From sequence record SRR31156797_3034: 52,675 nucleotides of DNA, one strand, 5' to 3'. A program made the position numbers and the translations under genes. This document shows positions 1 through 9,608 of the stretch, piece after piece. Positions within the stretch are counted from its first letter, which is position 1. Every line of letters begins with the position of its first letter. The notes below the pieces were generated by a model, which saw only the letters and a program-made list of their open reading frames with translations, made no database searches and was not told where the DNA came from.

Positions 1-45
1 AATCAAACCCAAAAATATCGGGAGATCCAATATAAGTCCATACCC

Positions 46-66
46 TACAACTCCTGCGGAGTTGTA
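46..66. repeat. Short GC-containing palindrome (REP-like hairpin)
   Basis: TACAACTCC-TGC-GGAGTTGTA: perfect 9-bp arms with a 3-nt loop and no U-tract. Confidence 0.5.
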
Positions 67-169
67 CATAGGCAAAGATAAATTCAGAATGAAAAATTAT
101 TTTCCATACAACATTTATATTTTATTATGGATATAAAGTAAAGAGGGGATTAGGTAAAGTGTATTTTAC

Positions 170-853
170 TTATTCTTTTAATTCCAAAAGCTCTATCATT
201 TCCTGAAAAGTTGTAAAAACAGGAGCTTTTAAAACCAGGTTTTCTTTACTTACCGGATGTTTTATAGATAATTCTATGGCATGAAGCATCATGGTTGTCA
301 TATTCCAACGTTCCTTAAATAGTTTGTTTTGCTTATTGCAACCGTGGGGTCTGTCGCCAACAATAGGATGGCGCAAATGATTTAAATGTTTGCGTATCTG
401 ATGCATTCTACCGGTTTTGGGGTAGGCTTCTATTAAGGAATAGCGGGAGGTTTCGAATTTGCCAAAGGGAATATTCAATTCGGTTCGGGTAATTGTTTTA
501 AACCAAGTAATGGCTTCCTGCTTTTTACCACGATCATTAATTAAAGGATAATCCACTTCAATTTCGTCAGGAAAATACCCGCGCACAATAGCCAGATATT
601 TCTTTTGTGTTTCATCACTTTCGAGCATTTTTTGCGTTTCGAAGGCCATCTGGCTACTTAATGCAAATAATAATACACCTGATGTTTTGCGGTCTAAGCG
701 ATGTATAGGAAAAACCTTGTGCCTAATTTGATCGCGTAGTAATTGTAAGGCAAATTCTTCAGCATCGGCTGCAATTGGGCTACGATGCACTAATAAACCA
801 TGTGGTTTATTGATGGCAATAATATAATCGTCGCGGTATATGATGTCCAGCAT
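170..853 (-). CDS. truC: RluA-family pseudouridine synthase, TruC-like
   Basis: HRLDRKTSG catalytic motif, NKPHGLLVH, TGRMHQIRKHL, HPIVGD; no S4 domain. Confidence 0.8.
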   Translation of the reverse strand: MLDIIYRDDYIIAINKPHGLLVHRSPIAADAEEFALQLLRDQIRHKVFPIHRLDRKTSGVLLFALSSQMAFETQKMLESDETQKKYLAIVRGYFPDEIEVDYPLINDRGKKQEAITWFKTITRTELNIPFGKFETSRYSLIEAYPKTGRMHQIRKHLNHLRHPIVGDRPHGCNKQNKLFKERWNMTTMMLHAIELSIKHPVSKENLVLKAPVFTTFQEMIELLELKE

Positions 854-1094
854 ACTAATGGATGTAAATTGGCGTGCAAATTAGGAAAAAGTAAACTAGT
901 TTACATGGTAACATACAGGTTTTAATTCTGATTTAAGATGTTATATTTTATAAATCATCATCTTGTTTTTAGTAGAATAGGGTAAAGAGGATGATTGTTT
1001 ACTTTGGGCGTAAAATTTCGTATTTTTCTTCATAGATTTCTTGTATGTAAAGGGATTGTTATATTTTCATGTCAAATTTTAAATTTAAATCAAC

Positions 1095-3065
1095 GTGAAA
1101 CAAAAATTAAAAATGCTCACGCTAGTTGCCTTTATCTCGTTTTGTGCAACAGCAAAAATCTACAGTCAAGCTATTCAGATAGATGTAGATCATCCTACCA
1201 CCAAAATTCAACCAACGATGTGGGGGATATTCTTTGAAGATATCAACTTTGCCGCGGATGGCGGATTATACGCCGAATTGGTAAAAAACAGATCATTTGA
1301 ATTTATAAAACCTACCATGGGGTGGGAAATCAAAGATTTTAGAAGAGAACCTAAGACATTTAATATTGTTAACAGGGGCGAAAAAAATCCACAAAATCCT
1401 CGATATGCCAGAGTGAATCTTAATAATAATACATTAAGTATGGTAAATGAAGGCTATAGAGGTATGGGGGTTAAAGAAAGCAATGCCTATCATTTTTCGG
1501 TATTGGCTGCTTTAGATAAAGATTCAAAAGCTACCTTATCTGTAACTTTATTGGATGAAAAGGGAGAAGCTATTGGTACCAGTTCTCTAGAAATTGAAGG
1601 TACTGATTGGAAAAAATATGAGACGAGTTTTACTTGTTCAAAAACAGAAGCTAAGGCAAAGCTTAAAGTGGAGATAGCAGGAGAGGGCTATGTGAATTTT
1701 GATATGGTTTCTTTGTTTCCGGCCGATACCTGGAAAAACAGAAAAGGTGGTTTAAGAGCTGACTTGGTTCAATTGTTGGCAGATATGAATCCTGGTTTTT
1801 TCAGATTCCCGGGAGGATGTATTGTTGAAGGAAGAGATTTAAGTAAGCGTTACCAATGGAAAAAGACAGTTGGCCCTGTTGAAGAGAGAACTGCAATCAT
1901 TAACCGTTGGAATACAGAGTTTGAACATCGTCCTGCTCCGGATTATTATCAATCCTTTGGTGTTGGTTTCTATGAGTATTTCTTATTGTCAGAAGATATG
2001 GGAGCGGAGCCGCTACCTATTTTAAATTGCGGAATGGCTTGTCAGTTTAATACAGCCGAGGTGGTTCCCTTAGATGAATTAGAGCCATATGTACAAGATG
2101 CACTTGATTTAGTTGAGTTCGCCAATGGATCAACTGATACAAAATGGGGAAAATTAAGAGCTGATATGGGACATCCCGAGCCTTTTAATTTAAAATACCT
2201 GGGTGTGGGTAATGAGCAATGGGGACCTCAGTATTTTGAGCGATATGCCATTTTTGAAAAGGCCATTATGGAAAAGTATCCTGAAATAAATATTATTTCT
2301 ACAACGGGTCCTTTCCCAGATGACAACTTGTTTCATTATGCCAAAGGAGAGCTTGAAAAATACAATGCGCCTATTGTAGATGAGCATTATTATCGCGATC
2401 CGAAATGGTTTTTTGATAATGCTACACGATATGATGAGTATAACAGAGAAACTTATAAAATATTTGCCGGAGAATATGCAGCGCAAAGCGTAGCTGTATG
2501 TAGCCCGGAGAATAATAACAACTGGCACTGTGCACTTTCTGAAGCAGCCTTTATGACTGGATTAGAACGCAATGCCGATGTAGTTTGGATGTGTTCTTAT
2601 GCACCTTTGTTTGCGCACGTGGAGGGATGGCAATGGCGACCTGACCTAATTTGGTTCGACAACCTGAATGCTTTGGCTACACCAAACTATTACGTGCAAA
2701 AACTTTTTGGAGTGAATAGCGGAACCGACTTATTAAAAGTAGACCTTGATGGTAAAGCCTTAACTGGTCAAAATGGTATTTTTGCTTCATCTGTTTGGGA
2801 TGCAGATACGAAAGAAGTAGTGATAAAAGTGGTTAATAATAACAGGGAAGCTAAAGCAACTACCTTTGCGTTAAACTCTTCTAAGAAATTTGCTTCAAAA
2901 GCTAAGTTAACTGTTATGAGTAGTGAAGATTTGGAAGTGATTAATACATTGGAAAAACCTAATGAAATTGTTCCGGAGGATAAAGATTTAAAGATTTCAG
3001 GAAATTCCGTAAAGATTGATCTTGCACCTTATTCATTCTCTGTTATTAGAGTAAAGCAAAAATAG
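1095..3065 (+). CDS. Alpha-L-arabinofuranosidase, GH51, with signal peptide
   Basis: WGIFFEDINFAADGGLYAELV, RFPGGC, GVGNEQWG, FAGEYA, YAPLF motifs; GTG start. Confidence 0.9.
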   Translation: MKQKLKMLTLVAFISFCATAKIYSQAIQIDVDHPTTKIQPTMWGIFFEDINFAADGGLYAELVKNRSFEFIKPTMGWEIKDFRREPKTFNIVNRGEKNPQNPRYARVNLNNNTLSMVNEGYRGMGVKESNAYHFSVLAALDKDSKATLSVTLLDEKGEAIGTSSLEIEGTDWKKYETSFTCSKTEAKAKLKVEIAGEGYVNFDMVSLFPADTWKNRKGGLRADLVQLLADMNPGFFRFPGGCIVEGRDLSKRYQWKKTVGPVEERTAIINRWNTEFEHRPAPDYYQSFGVGFYEYFLLSEDMGAEPLPILNCGMACQFNTAEVVPLDELEPYVQDALDLVEFANGSTDTKWGKLRADMGHPEPFNLKYLGVGNEQWGPQYFERYAIFEKAIMEKYPEINIISTTGPFPDDNLFHYAKGELEKYNAPIVDEHYYRDPKWFFDNATRYDEYNRETYKIFAGEYAAQSVAVCSPENNNNWHCALSEAAFMTGLERNADVVWMCSYAPLFAHVEGWQWRPDLIWFDNLNALATPNYYVQKLFGVNSGTDLLKVDLDGKALTGQNGIFASSVWDADTKEVVIKVVNNNREAKATTFALNSSKKFASKAKLTVMSSEDLEVINTLEKPNEIVPEDKDLKISGNSVKIDLAPYSFSVIRVKQK

Positions 3066-3139
3066 GTTTATAGCTTGCAAAAAAACAGGATGCTTGTTTT
3101 TTAAACGAATTCAGGTATCATTTGAGGATAAAGAAGTAG

Positions 3140-3685
3140 TTATCTTTTTAATAAAGAAAGTTCTGCTTCTTTATCCTCATTTTTTTTATTATTAATTGAT
3201 ATACCGATGTGATTGCTGGTTACTTTAGTTGTTTCAATATGTGTTAAGTTTCTGATGTGATTAATCTTATCCGTAGTGTCAAATATTATTTTGTCATAAG
3301 TCTCAAAATCGACTGGAGTAAGCTCCTCCCCAATCTCCGCCTTTACTTTAATATATTGTAAACCATTAAACGCATTGTTTACAATGTCTTGCACTGTGGT
3401 CATGGTAGCCTGCATTGTAGCTACTTGTTCTTGCTGAATCTGCATTATTTTACTTCTGCTCTTCACGCATCTTATTCTATCAATTACTAAGCCTGTAATC
3501 AGTATTATAATTGACAGCATCAATTCATCAATTTCATACATTTCCATGCTTTGTAAAAAAGAAATACAATATTCAGCTATATCTAAATTCCATATTAATG
3601 AAGAAGTAAAAATAATTATGGATATGAAGAAAGATATAATTGTATATTCAAATTTATGCAACCTCATTAGCGGGTAAATACTCAT
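3140..3685 (-). CDS. Hypothetical membrane protein (2 TM plus helical cytoplasmic tail)
   Basis: Two hydrophobic segments followed by a coiled-coil/DHp-like region; fills the gap between GH51 and purL. Confidence 0.6.
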   Translation of the reverse strand: MSIYPLMRLHKFEYTIISFFISIIIFTSSLIWNLDIAEYCISFLQSMEMYEIDELMLSIIILITGLVIDRIRCVKSRSKIMQIQQEQVATMQATMTTVQDIVNNAFNGLQYIKVKAEIGEELTPVDFETYDKIIFDTTDKINHIRNLTHIETTKVTSNHIGISINNKKNEDKEAELSLLKR

Positions 3686-3964
3686 TATATATATATAGAA
3701 TTACAGTTTAATAGATGGTAATATTCATCAACAAAAAATTAATGATAGAATATTAATGGTTAATTGATGGATTTTTGGGTGTTTTACTAAATATTATTCT
3801 AAAGGTTTCGATATTTACTATAAAAATAAGTTTTGTAAACCTATTAATCTACATAGAATGGATCGATCTTCGTAGCAAGGTGCCTTCAATGGGAAGAATA
3901 TTAACTATCTAGAATACTCAAAATAAAATTGAGTCGTAAATTGTAATTATTTGTTGGTTTGTTG

Positions 3965-3972
3965 TACTTTTG
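3965..3972 (+). promoter_or_regulatory. Bacteroidota -7 promoter element for purL
   Basis: TACTTTTG matches TAnnTTTG, about 40 nt upstream of the ATG at 4011. Confidence 0.6.
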
Positions 3973-4010
3973 CAGCTCAATTGATTAATACTTCAAAAAA
4001 CAGGAAATTC

Positions 4011-7000
4011 ATGGTCCTTTTCTTTAAAGGTAAATCTGATCAGATTTTAGCAGTAGGTTGCGAAAATGACTTCTCAACCGAAGATGTAAAAAAGCTGGAA
4101 TGGCTTTTTAGTGGTGCCACCAAGACCGACGAGCAGGAGTTAGGTGGCTTTTTTGTTGGTCCTCGTAAAGAGATGATTACACCGTGGAGCACCAATGCCG
4201 TTGAAATTACCCAGAATATGGGTTTAACAGGCATTACTCGTATTGAGGAATTCTATGGTGTGGCTGATGAAAATGCTGAGTTTGACCCTATGTTGCAGGT
4301 ATTGTATAAAGGACTGGCTCAGGATATTTTTACCATTGATAAGGAGCCTGATCCAATAATCGAAATTGAAGATGTGGCGGCTTACAACAAAGCTGAAGGT
4401 TTGGCTTTAAGCGATGATGAGGTAACTTATTTGGATGGGTTAGCTAAAAAACTGGGACGCAAATTAACCGATAGTGAAGTATTCGGGTTTTCGCAGGTCA
4501 ACTCAGAGCACTGTCGTCATAAGATTTTCAACGGTACATTTATTATTGATGGAGAGGAAAAAGAAAGCTCTTTATTCAAATTAATTAAGCGTACTTCCGA
4601 AGAGAATCCAAATTTCCTTGTTTCTGCATATAAAGATAATGTGGCGTTTGTAGAAGGACCAAAGATGGTGCAGTTTGCACCAGAGAGTCACGATAAGCCG
4701 GATTATTTTACAACAAAAGTAATTGATACGGTTCTTTCATTAAAGGCCGAAACACATAACTTCCCAACCACAGTTGAGCCTTTTAACGGGGCTGCAACAG
4801 GATCTGGAGGTGAAATCAGAGACCGATTAGGTGGAGGTAAAGCTTCTTTACCATTAGCAGGTACTGCGGTTTACATGACTTCTTATTCTCGTTCAGAGGA
4901 AGGAAGAACCTGGGAACAAGCAACTCCTGCACGTCCTTGGTTATATCAAACACCAGAGCAAATCTTAATTAAAGCTTCGAACGGAGCCAGTGATTTTGGT
5001 AACAAGTTCGGGCAACCTATGATTTGTGGCTCGGTGCTTACTTTCGAGCATTTTGAGAATCAAAAGAAGTTTGCTTTTGATAAAGTAATTATGATGGCCG
5101 GAGGTATCGGTTTTGCTAAAAAATCGGATGCCATCAAGGATACACCTAAAAAAGGAGATAAAGTAGTTATTTTAGGTGGAGATAACTATCGTATTGGAAT
5201 GGGTGGAGGAGCTGTTTCCTCGGTGGCTACGGGTGAGTTTGATAACTCCATAGAATTAAATGCCGTTCAGCGTTCAAACCCAGAAATGCAAAAAAGAGCC
5301 ATGAATGCTATCAGAGCCATGGCCGAAGGTGAAGATAACCCAATTGTGTTAATACACGATCATGGTGCAGGTGGTCATTTAAACTGTTTATCTGAACTTG
5401 TTGAAGAAACAGGAGGTACCATTCATCTTGATAAATTACCTGTGGGTGATCCAACCTTATCTGCTAAAGAAATTGCAGGTAATGAGTCTCAGGAAAGAAT
5501 GGGGCTGGTATTACACGAAAAAGATATTGAAAGACTTAAGAAAGTTGCAGATCGTGAGCGTTCGCCAATGTATGTAGTTGGAGAAACGACTGGCGATATG
5601 AGTTTTGTATTTAAAGATGATAAAGGAAATGCACCAATCAACTGGCAATTAGCCGATATGTTTGGTAATCCTCCTAAAACCATTATGCAAGACAAAACTG
5701 TTGAAGAGAAATTTGCAGCAGTAGAATATGATGCAGCTAAAATAGAAGATTATATTAAAGATGTATTACAGTTAGAGGCTGTTGCTTGTAAGGATTGGTT
5801 AACCAATAAAGTAGACCGATCGGTAACAGGTAAAGTTGCCAAGCAGCAGTGTGCCGGTGAGGTTCAGGTTCCATTGAACAACCTTGGAGCAACTGCATTG
5901 GATTATACCGGAACAAAAGGTTTAGCTACTTCTGTAGGTCATGCACCTGCTGTGGCTATGATTGATCCTGCTGCCGGTTCAAAGATTGCCATTGCTGAAT
6001 CTTTAACAAATTTAGTTTGGGCACCAATGACACATGGCATTAAAGGTGTGTCTTTAAGTGCTAACTGGATGTGGCCTTGTAAAAACGAAGGTGAAGATGC
6101 CCGTTTATACAAAGCGGTTGAGGCAGTGAGTGACTTCGCAACTGACCTGGGAATAAACATTCCAACAGGAAAGGATTCATTGTCAATGACGCAAAAGTAC
6201 AAAGATGGTGATGTAGTATACTCTCCTGGTACTGTTATTATTTCGGCAGCTGCAGAGGTGAGTGATATTAAGAAAATTATAGAGCCTGTATTGGTAAAAG
6301 ATACAGATACTTCAGTTATTTATATTGATTTATCATTCGATAGCCATAAGCTTGGCGGAAGTTCATTTGCGCAGGTAGTGCATAAGTTAGGAGCAGAAGC
6401 ACCAACGATTGCAGATACTGATTATTTTAAAAATGGTATCGAAACCATTCAAGAACTTATTAATAAGGATTTGATCCTGGCAGGACACGATATTTCTGCC
6501 GGAGGTATGCTTACTGCGCTTCTAGAAATGTGTTTTGCCAATAATAGTTTTGGTATTAAAGCTGATCTTTCTGAGATTGCAGAGGATGATTTAGTTAAGA
6601 TTTTATTTGCTGAAAATCCAGGTGTTTTAGTTCAGGTAAAAGATGTTGCTCAGGTAAAAGCCTTATTGGAAGAAAAAGAATTAGGTTATCAGGTTATAGG
6701 TTCTCCGGTTGAGGAAAGATTCTTAACAGTTACAAAAGGAGGTCAAAACTTAAGTTTCGATATCAACGAAATGAGAGACATCTGGTATAAAACTTCTTAT
6801 TTGTTAGATAGAAAGCAAAGTACTGCAGAGCTGGCTAAAGAGCGTTTTGATAATTACAAAAAGCAAGCTTTAGAGTTTAATTTTGGAGTTGATTTTAAAG
6901 GTAAATTAGGAGATTACGGTTTAAACTTATCTCGTCAGGAGAAAACAGGAGTTAAAGCGGCCATTATTCGCGAAAAAGGTGTGAATGGTGATAGAGAAAT

Positions 7001-7703
7001 GGCTTACTCTATGTATTTAGCCGGTTTCGATGTGAAAGATGTTCACATGACTGACCTTATTACTGGTAGAGAAACTTTAGAAGATGTAAACTTGATTGTG
7101 TTTGTTGGAGGTTTCTCAAACTCAGATGTGTTGGGATCAGCAAAAGGATGGGCAGGAGCTTTCTTATATAATGAAAAAGCAAAAGCAGCCTTAGATGCTT
7201 TCTATCAGAGAAAAGATACCTTGAGTTTAGGAGTTTGTAACGGTTGTCAGTTGATGGTTGAATTAGGATTAGTTTATCCAGACCATGAAGAAAAGCCAAC
7301 CATGTTGCATAATAATTCGCATAAGTTTGAATCAAACTTTGTGAATATGAGCATTCCTGAAAACAATTCTGTGATGTTGAATTCATTGGCAGGAAATAGA
7401 TTAGGAGTTTGGATTGCACATGGTGAAGGTAAGTTTAATATGCCTTACGCTGAGGATCAATATAATATTGTTGGAAAATATTCATATGAGGCTTATCCTG
7501 CAAATCCTAATGGTAGTGATTTCAGTACTGCAGCCATTTGTTCAACAGATGGACGTCATTTAGCTATGATGCCTCACCTGGAAAGAGCTATTTTCCCTTG
7601 GCAGTGGGCACATTATCCTGAAAACAGAAAATCGGATGAAGTATCGCCTTGGATAGAAGCATTTGTTAATGCTCGTAAATGGGTTGAGAACAAAACGAAA
7701 TAG
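4011..7703 (+). CDS. purL: Phosphoribosylformylglycinamidine synthase (large fused type)
   Basis: NSEHCRHKIFN, KAETHNFPT, IHDHGAGG, GVCNGCQ, MMPHLER; ATG at 4011 preferred over the upstream TTG. Confidence 0.97.
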   Translation: MVLFFKGKSDQILAVGCENDFSTEDVKKLEWLFSGATKTDEQELGGFFVGPRKEMITPWSTNAVEITQNMGLTGITRIEEFYGVADENAEFDPMLQVLYKGLAQDIFTIDKEPDPIIEIEDVAAYNKAEGLALSDDEVTYLDGLAKKLGRKLTDSEVFGFSQVNSEHCRHKIFNGTFIIDGEEKESSLFKLIKRTSEENPNFLVSAYKDNVAFVEGPKMVQFAPESHDKPDYFTTKVIDTVLSLKAETHNFPTTVEPFNGAATGSGGEIRDRLGGGKASLPLAGTAVYMTSYSRSEEGRTWEQATPARPWLYQTPEQILIKASNGASDFGNKFGQPMICGSVLTFEHFENQKKFAFDKVIMMAGGIGFAKKSDAIKDTPKKGDKVVILGGDNYRIGMGGGAVSSVATGEFDNSIELNAVQRSNPEMQKRAMNAIRAMAEGEDNPIVLIHDHGAGGHLNCLSELVEETGGTIHLDKLPVGDPTLSAKEIAGNESQERMGLVLHEKDIERLKKVADRERSPMYVVGETTGDMSFVFKDDKGNAPINWQLADMFGNPPKTIMQDKTVEEKFAAVEYDAAKIEDYIKDVLQLEAVACKDWLTNKVDRSVTGKVAKQQCAGEVQVPLNNLGATALDYTGTKGLATSVGHAPAVAMIDPAAGSKIAIAESLTNLVWAPMTHGIKGVSLSANWMWPCKNEGEDARLYKAVEAVSDFATDLGINIPTGKDSLSMTQKYKDGDVVYSPGTVIISAAAEVSDIKKIIEPVLVKDTDTSVIYIDLSFDSHKLGGSSFAQVVHKLGAEAPTIADTDYFKNGIETIQELINKDLILAGHDISAGGMLTALLEMCFANNSFGIKADLSEIAEDDLVKILFAENPGVLVQVKDVAQVKALLEEKELGYQVIGSPVEERFLTVTKGGQNLSFDINEMRDIWYKTSYLLDRKQSTAELAKERFDNYKKQALEFNFGVDFKGKLGDYGLNLSRQEKTGVKAAIIREKGVNGDREMAYSMYLAGFDVKDVHMTDLITGRETLEDVNLIVFVGGFSNSDVLGSAKGWAGAFLYNEKAKAALDAFYQRKDTLSLGVCNGCQLMVELGLVYPDHEEKPTMLHNNSHKFESNFVNMSIPENNSVMLNSLAGNRLGVWIAHGEGKFNMPYAEDQYNIVGKYSYEAYPANPNGSDFSTAAICSTDGRHLAMMPHLERAIFPWQWAHYPENRKSDEVSPWIEAFVNARKWVENKTK

Positions 7704-7727
7704 TTTTGATAAGAATTAGATAAAAAC

Positions 7728-7753
7728 AAAGCCGGATTTATTAGTCCGGCTTT
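7728..7753. terminator. Bidirectional intrinsic terminator between purL and the convergent gene
   Basis: AAAGCCGGA-N8-TCCGGCTTT with A/T runs on both sides. Confidence 0.75.
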
Positions 7754-7768
7754 TGTTGTATATAACCT

Positions 7769-8146
7769 TTAGTAAGTAACATGTGATCCAACATACTTTG
7801 CATCGCCAAAGGCCAGTATTGGATAAAATATAATGGGCAGAAATATTAATCCAATGGTAAAGCCAACTCCCTTGTCAAAACTTTTAGATAGCAGGTTAGT
7901 GGCCCAGATAGCAAATACAAAAGACAAAGGTGGAAATAGAACAAGGAATAACCACCACCATGGTTTTCCAATAATTTCGATATACACAATTACATTGTAA
8001 ATTGGAATTAGAATGGCCCATCCGGGTTTATGGGCTTTTGTAAATATCTTCCAACCCACAATAATTGAAAACAACCAGATAATTAAGGTAAAGATTCCTG
8101 CACCACCCATGGCAGCAAACATACCTGTAGATTCATTTAGTTCCAT
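7769..8146 (-). CDS. DUF5684-like small membrane protein
   Basis: WKIFTKAHKPGWAILIPIYN, KPWWW, LSKSFDKGVGFTIGL...YPILAFG pattern. Confidence 0.8.
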   Translation of the reverse strand: MELNESTGMFAAMGGAGIFTLIIWLFSIIVGWKIFTKAHKPGWAILIPIYNVIVYIEIIGKPWWWLFLVLFPPLSFVFAIWATNLLSKSFDKGVGFTIGLIFLPIIFYPILAFGDAKYVGSHVTY

Positions 8147-8286
8147 AACTTTTATATTTAAGTTAGTAAGTTTGTTTATCCGAATTCAGAGAAAGTCTAA
8201 TTGGTTTCTTAGAATCACCTATATAAAAGTTAGCAATTTTAATGGCTATAATCAAGTTTCAGTTTGTTGAAACAGAATAAAGAATG

Positions 8287-9321
8287 CTATGGGTTGATGT
8301 TGGCTGAGTGAATATTTGTTTCTTTAACTACTTTAAGACCTAAAATGCCATTTTTAATAACGAAGGTAACTTGGTTATGCTTCTTTATTTCTTCAGTATC
8401 AAAGAAGGTTCTCAAATAAACATATTTCTGATAGGCATTATCATTCAGGGTAATGGTTGCATAAACACTTGAGGAGTATTGAAAATCATATTTGTACCAA
8501 TACGTTTCTGAAATAGGATTAAAAGAAAAGATATAATTAATTAAGAACAAAAGGTTAAGTATTAATGGAGCAGCAACTATTTTAAAGAGATACCTATAAT
8601 ATCTTCTTTTTATTCTTTTTGACGTATAGTAGGTTGTAATAAATCCAAGTAAGTAGAGCAGTGCAATATATCTGAATTGAATTAATGTATTTAGCGTAAT
8701 CTGAAAAAATAGAAAAATATTAATGAAGTTAAAGATGACGATGTTAATAGCTTTAGACTGAATGGTTGATTCACTTTTTAGGTAAAGACTTTTAAGATTT
8801 ATTTTCTTATACATATTAATTAAAAAGCTGAGCCATAGCGGTGACGTAGGTAAAATTATAATAGCGCTAAATATTAATGACATGGGACCATGTTCTCTGT
8901 AGCTTAGAACAGGCAATCCAACAACCAACATTAAAACCAAAGCTGTTACCAATACATCAGCTAATACATTAATAGCTTCGGTGGTTTTATAGATATCTGA
9001 TTTAATGTAAGCTTCGTACCTCATGCGGGCATACTCGCGTGCACGTGCTCTGGCTTTTTCTCTTTCTTTTTCTTGCCATTGTTGTTGATAAGCAGCTTGT
9101 TTTTGTGCTTGTTGCTTTTGTCGGTTGATTCTGTTGGTGGAATGACCAGTAGTATTTAATAGGTATTCATAAGCTTCGTTGAGTAAAATAAATTGTTCGT
9201 GGGCGTTTTCTGATTTATTTCTATCAGGATGAAGATATTTTGCTTTTGTTCTATATGCTTTTTTTATCTGATCTAAAGTCGCATTTTGAGTTACACCTAG
9301 TATTTGGTAATAATTATTCAT
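8287..9321 (-). CDS. J-domain (DnaJ-like) membrane protein
   Basis: N-terminal YYQILGV...IKKAYR...HPD...LNEAYEYL followed by several TM segments. Confidence 0.85.
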   Translation of the reverse strand: MNNYYQILGVTQNATLDQIKKAYRTKAKYLHPDRNKSENAHEQFILLNEAYEYLLNTTGHSTNRINRQKQQAQKQAAYQQQWQEKEREKARARAREYARMRYEAYIKSDIYKTTEAINVLADVLVTALVLMLVVGLPVLSYREHGPMSLIFSAIIILPTSPLWLSFLINMYKKINLKSLYLKSESTIQSKAINIVIFNFINIFLFFQITLNTLIQFRYIALLYLLGFITTYYTSKRIKRRYYRYLFKIVAAPLILNLLFLINYIFSFNPISETYWYKYDFQYSSSVYATITLNDNAYQKYVYLRTFFDTEEIKKHNQVTFVIKNGILGLKVVKETNIHSANINP

Positions 9322-9402
9322 TTTTAGATCAGGGTTTTATATTATAGAAGTGCTCTAAAATAAGTAAAGTTTCTCTTTTAAGGTAAGATTGAACTTTTTA
9401 TT

Positions 9403-9410
9403 TATCTTTG
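9403..9410 (+). promoter_or_regulatory. -7 promoter element of the que operon
   Basis: TATCTTTG directly upstream of the riboswitch aptamer. Confidence 0.65.
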
Positions 9411-9421
9411 CGGATGAATTA

Positions 9422-9463
9422 AGACAGTTCGTTTACGCCATCCTGTCTATAAACAAAACCAGG
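9422..9463 (+). ncRNA. preQ1-I class riboswitch aptamer (variant)
   Basis: P1 AGACAG/CTGTCT, loop TTCG...CCATC, A-rich tail ATAAACAAAACCAGG; located in the 5' UTR of queC. Confidence 0.8.
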
Positions 9464-9525
9464 GTAGAATTAAGATACTTTTCTTGAGTACATATTTCTG
9501 TACGTATAATTCTATCTATTGTTTT
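9462..9525 (+). terminator. Putative riboswitch-controlled terminator
   Basis: GGGTAGAATTA (9462-9472) pairs with TAATTCTATCT (9507-9517), followed by ATTGTTTT. Confidence 0.5.
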
Positions 9526-9608
9526 GGGATTCATTCTAATAGCTAATAGCCTTTAGATGATTGTGGATGAGCTGTTTTAGCGAAAAACTAATAGCTAATA
9601 AAAGTAAT

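Noticed and set aside
3686-3700. (TA)n run upstream of the 3140-3685 gene as a phase-variation tract
   Set aside because: Only about 6 units in a very AT-rich spacer, which is expected by chance
3951-4010. N-terminal extensions from upstream starts (purL; also queC 9561, porin 14101, GH2 15836, ptb 27968)
   Set aside because: The extensions overlap promoter or leader sequence or precede the signal peptide; downstream ATGs fit the family N-termini better
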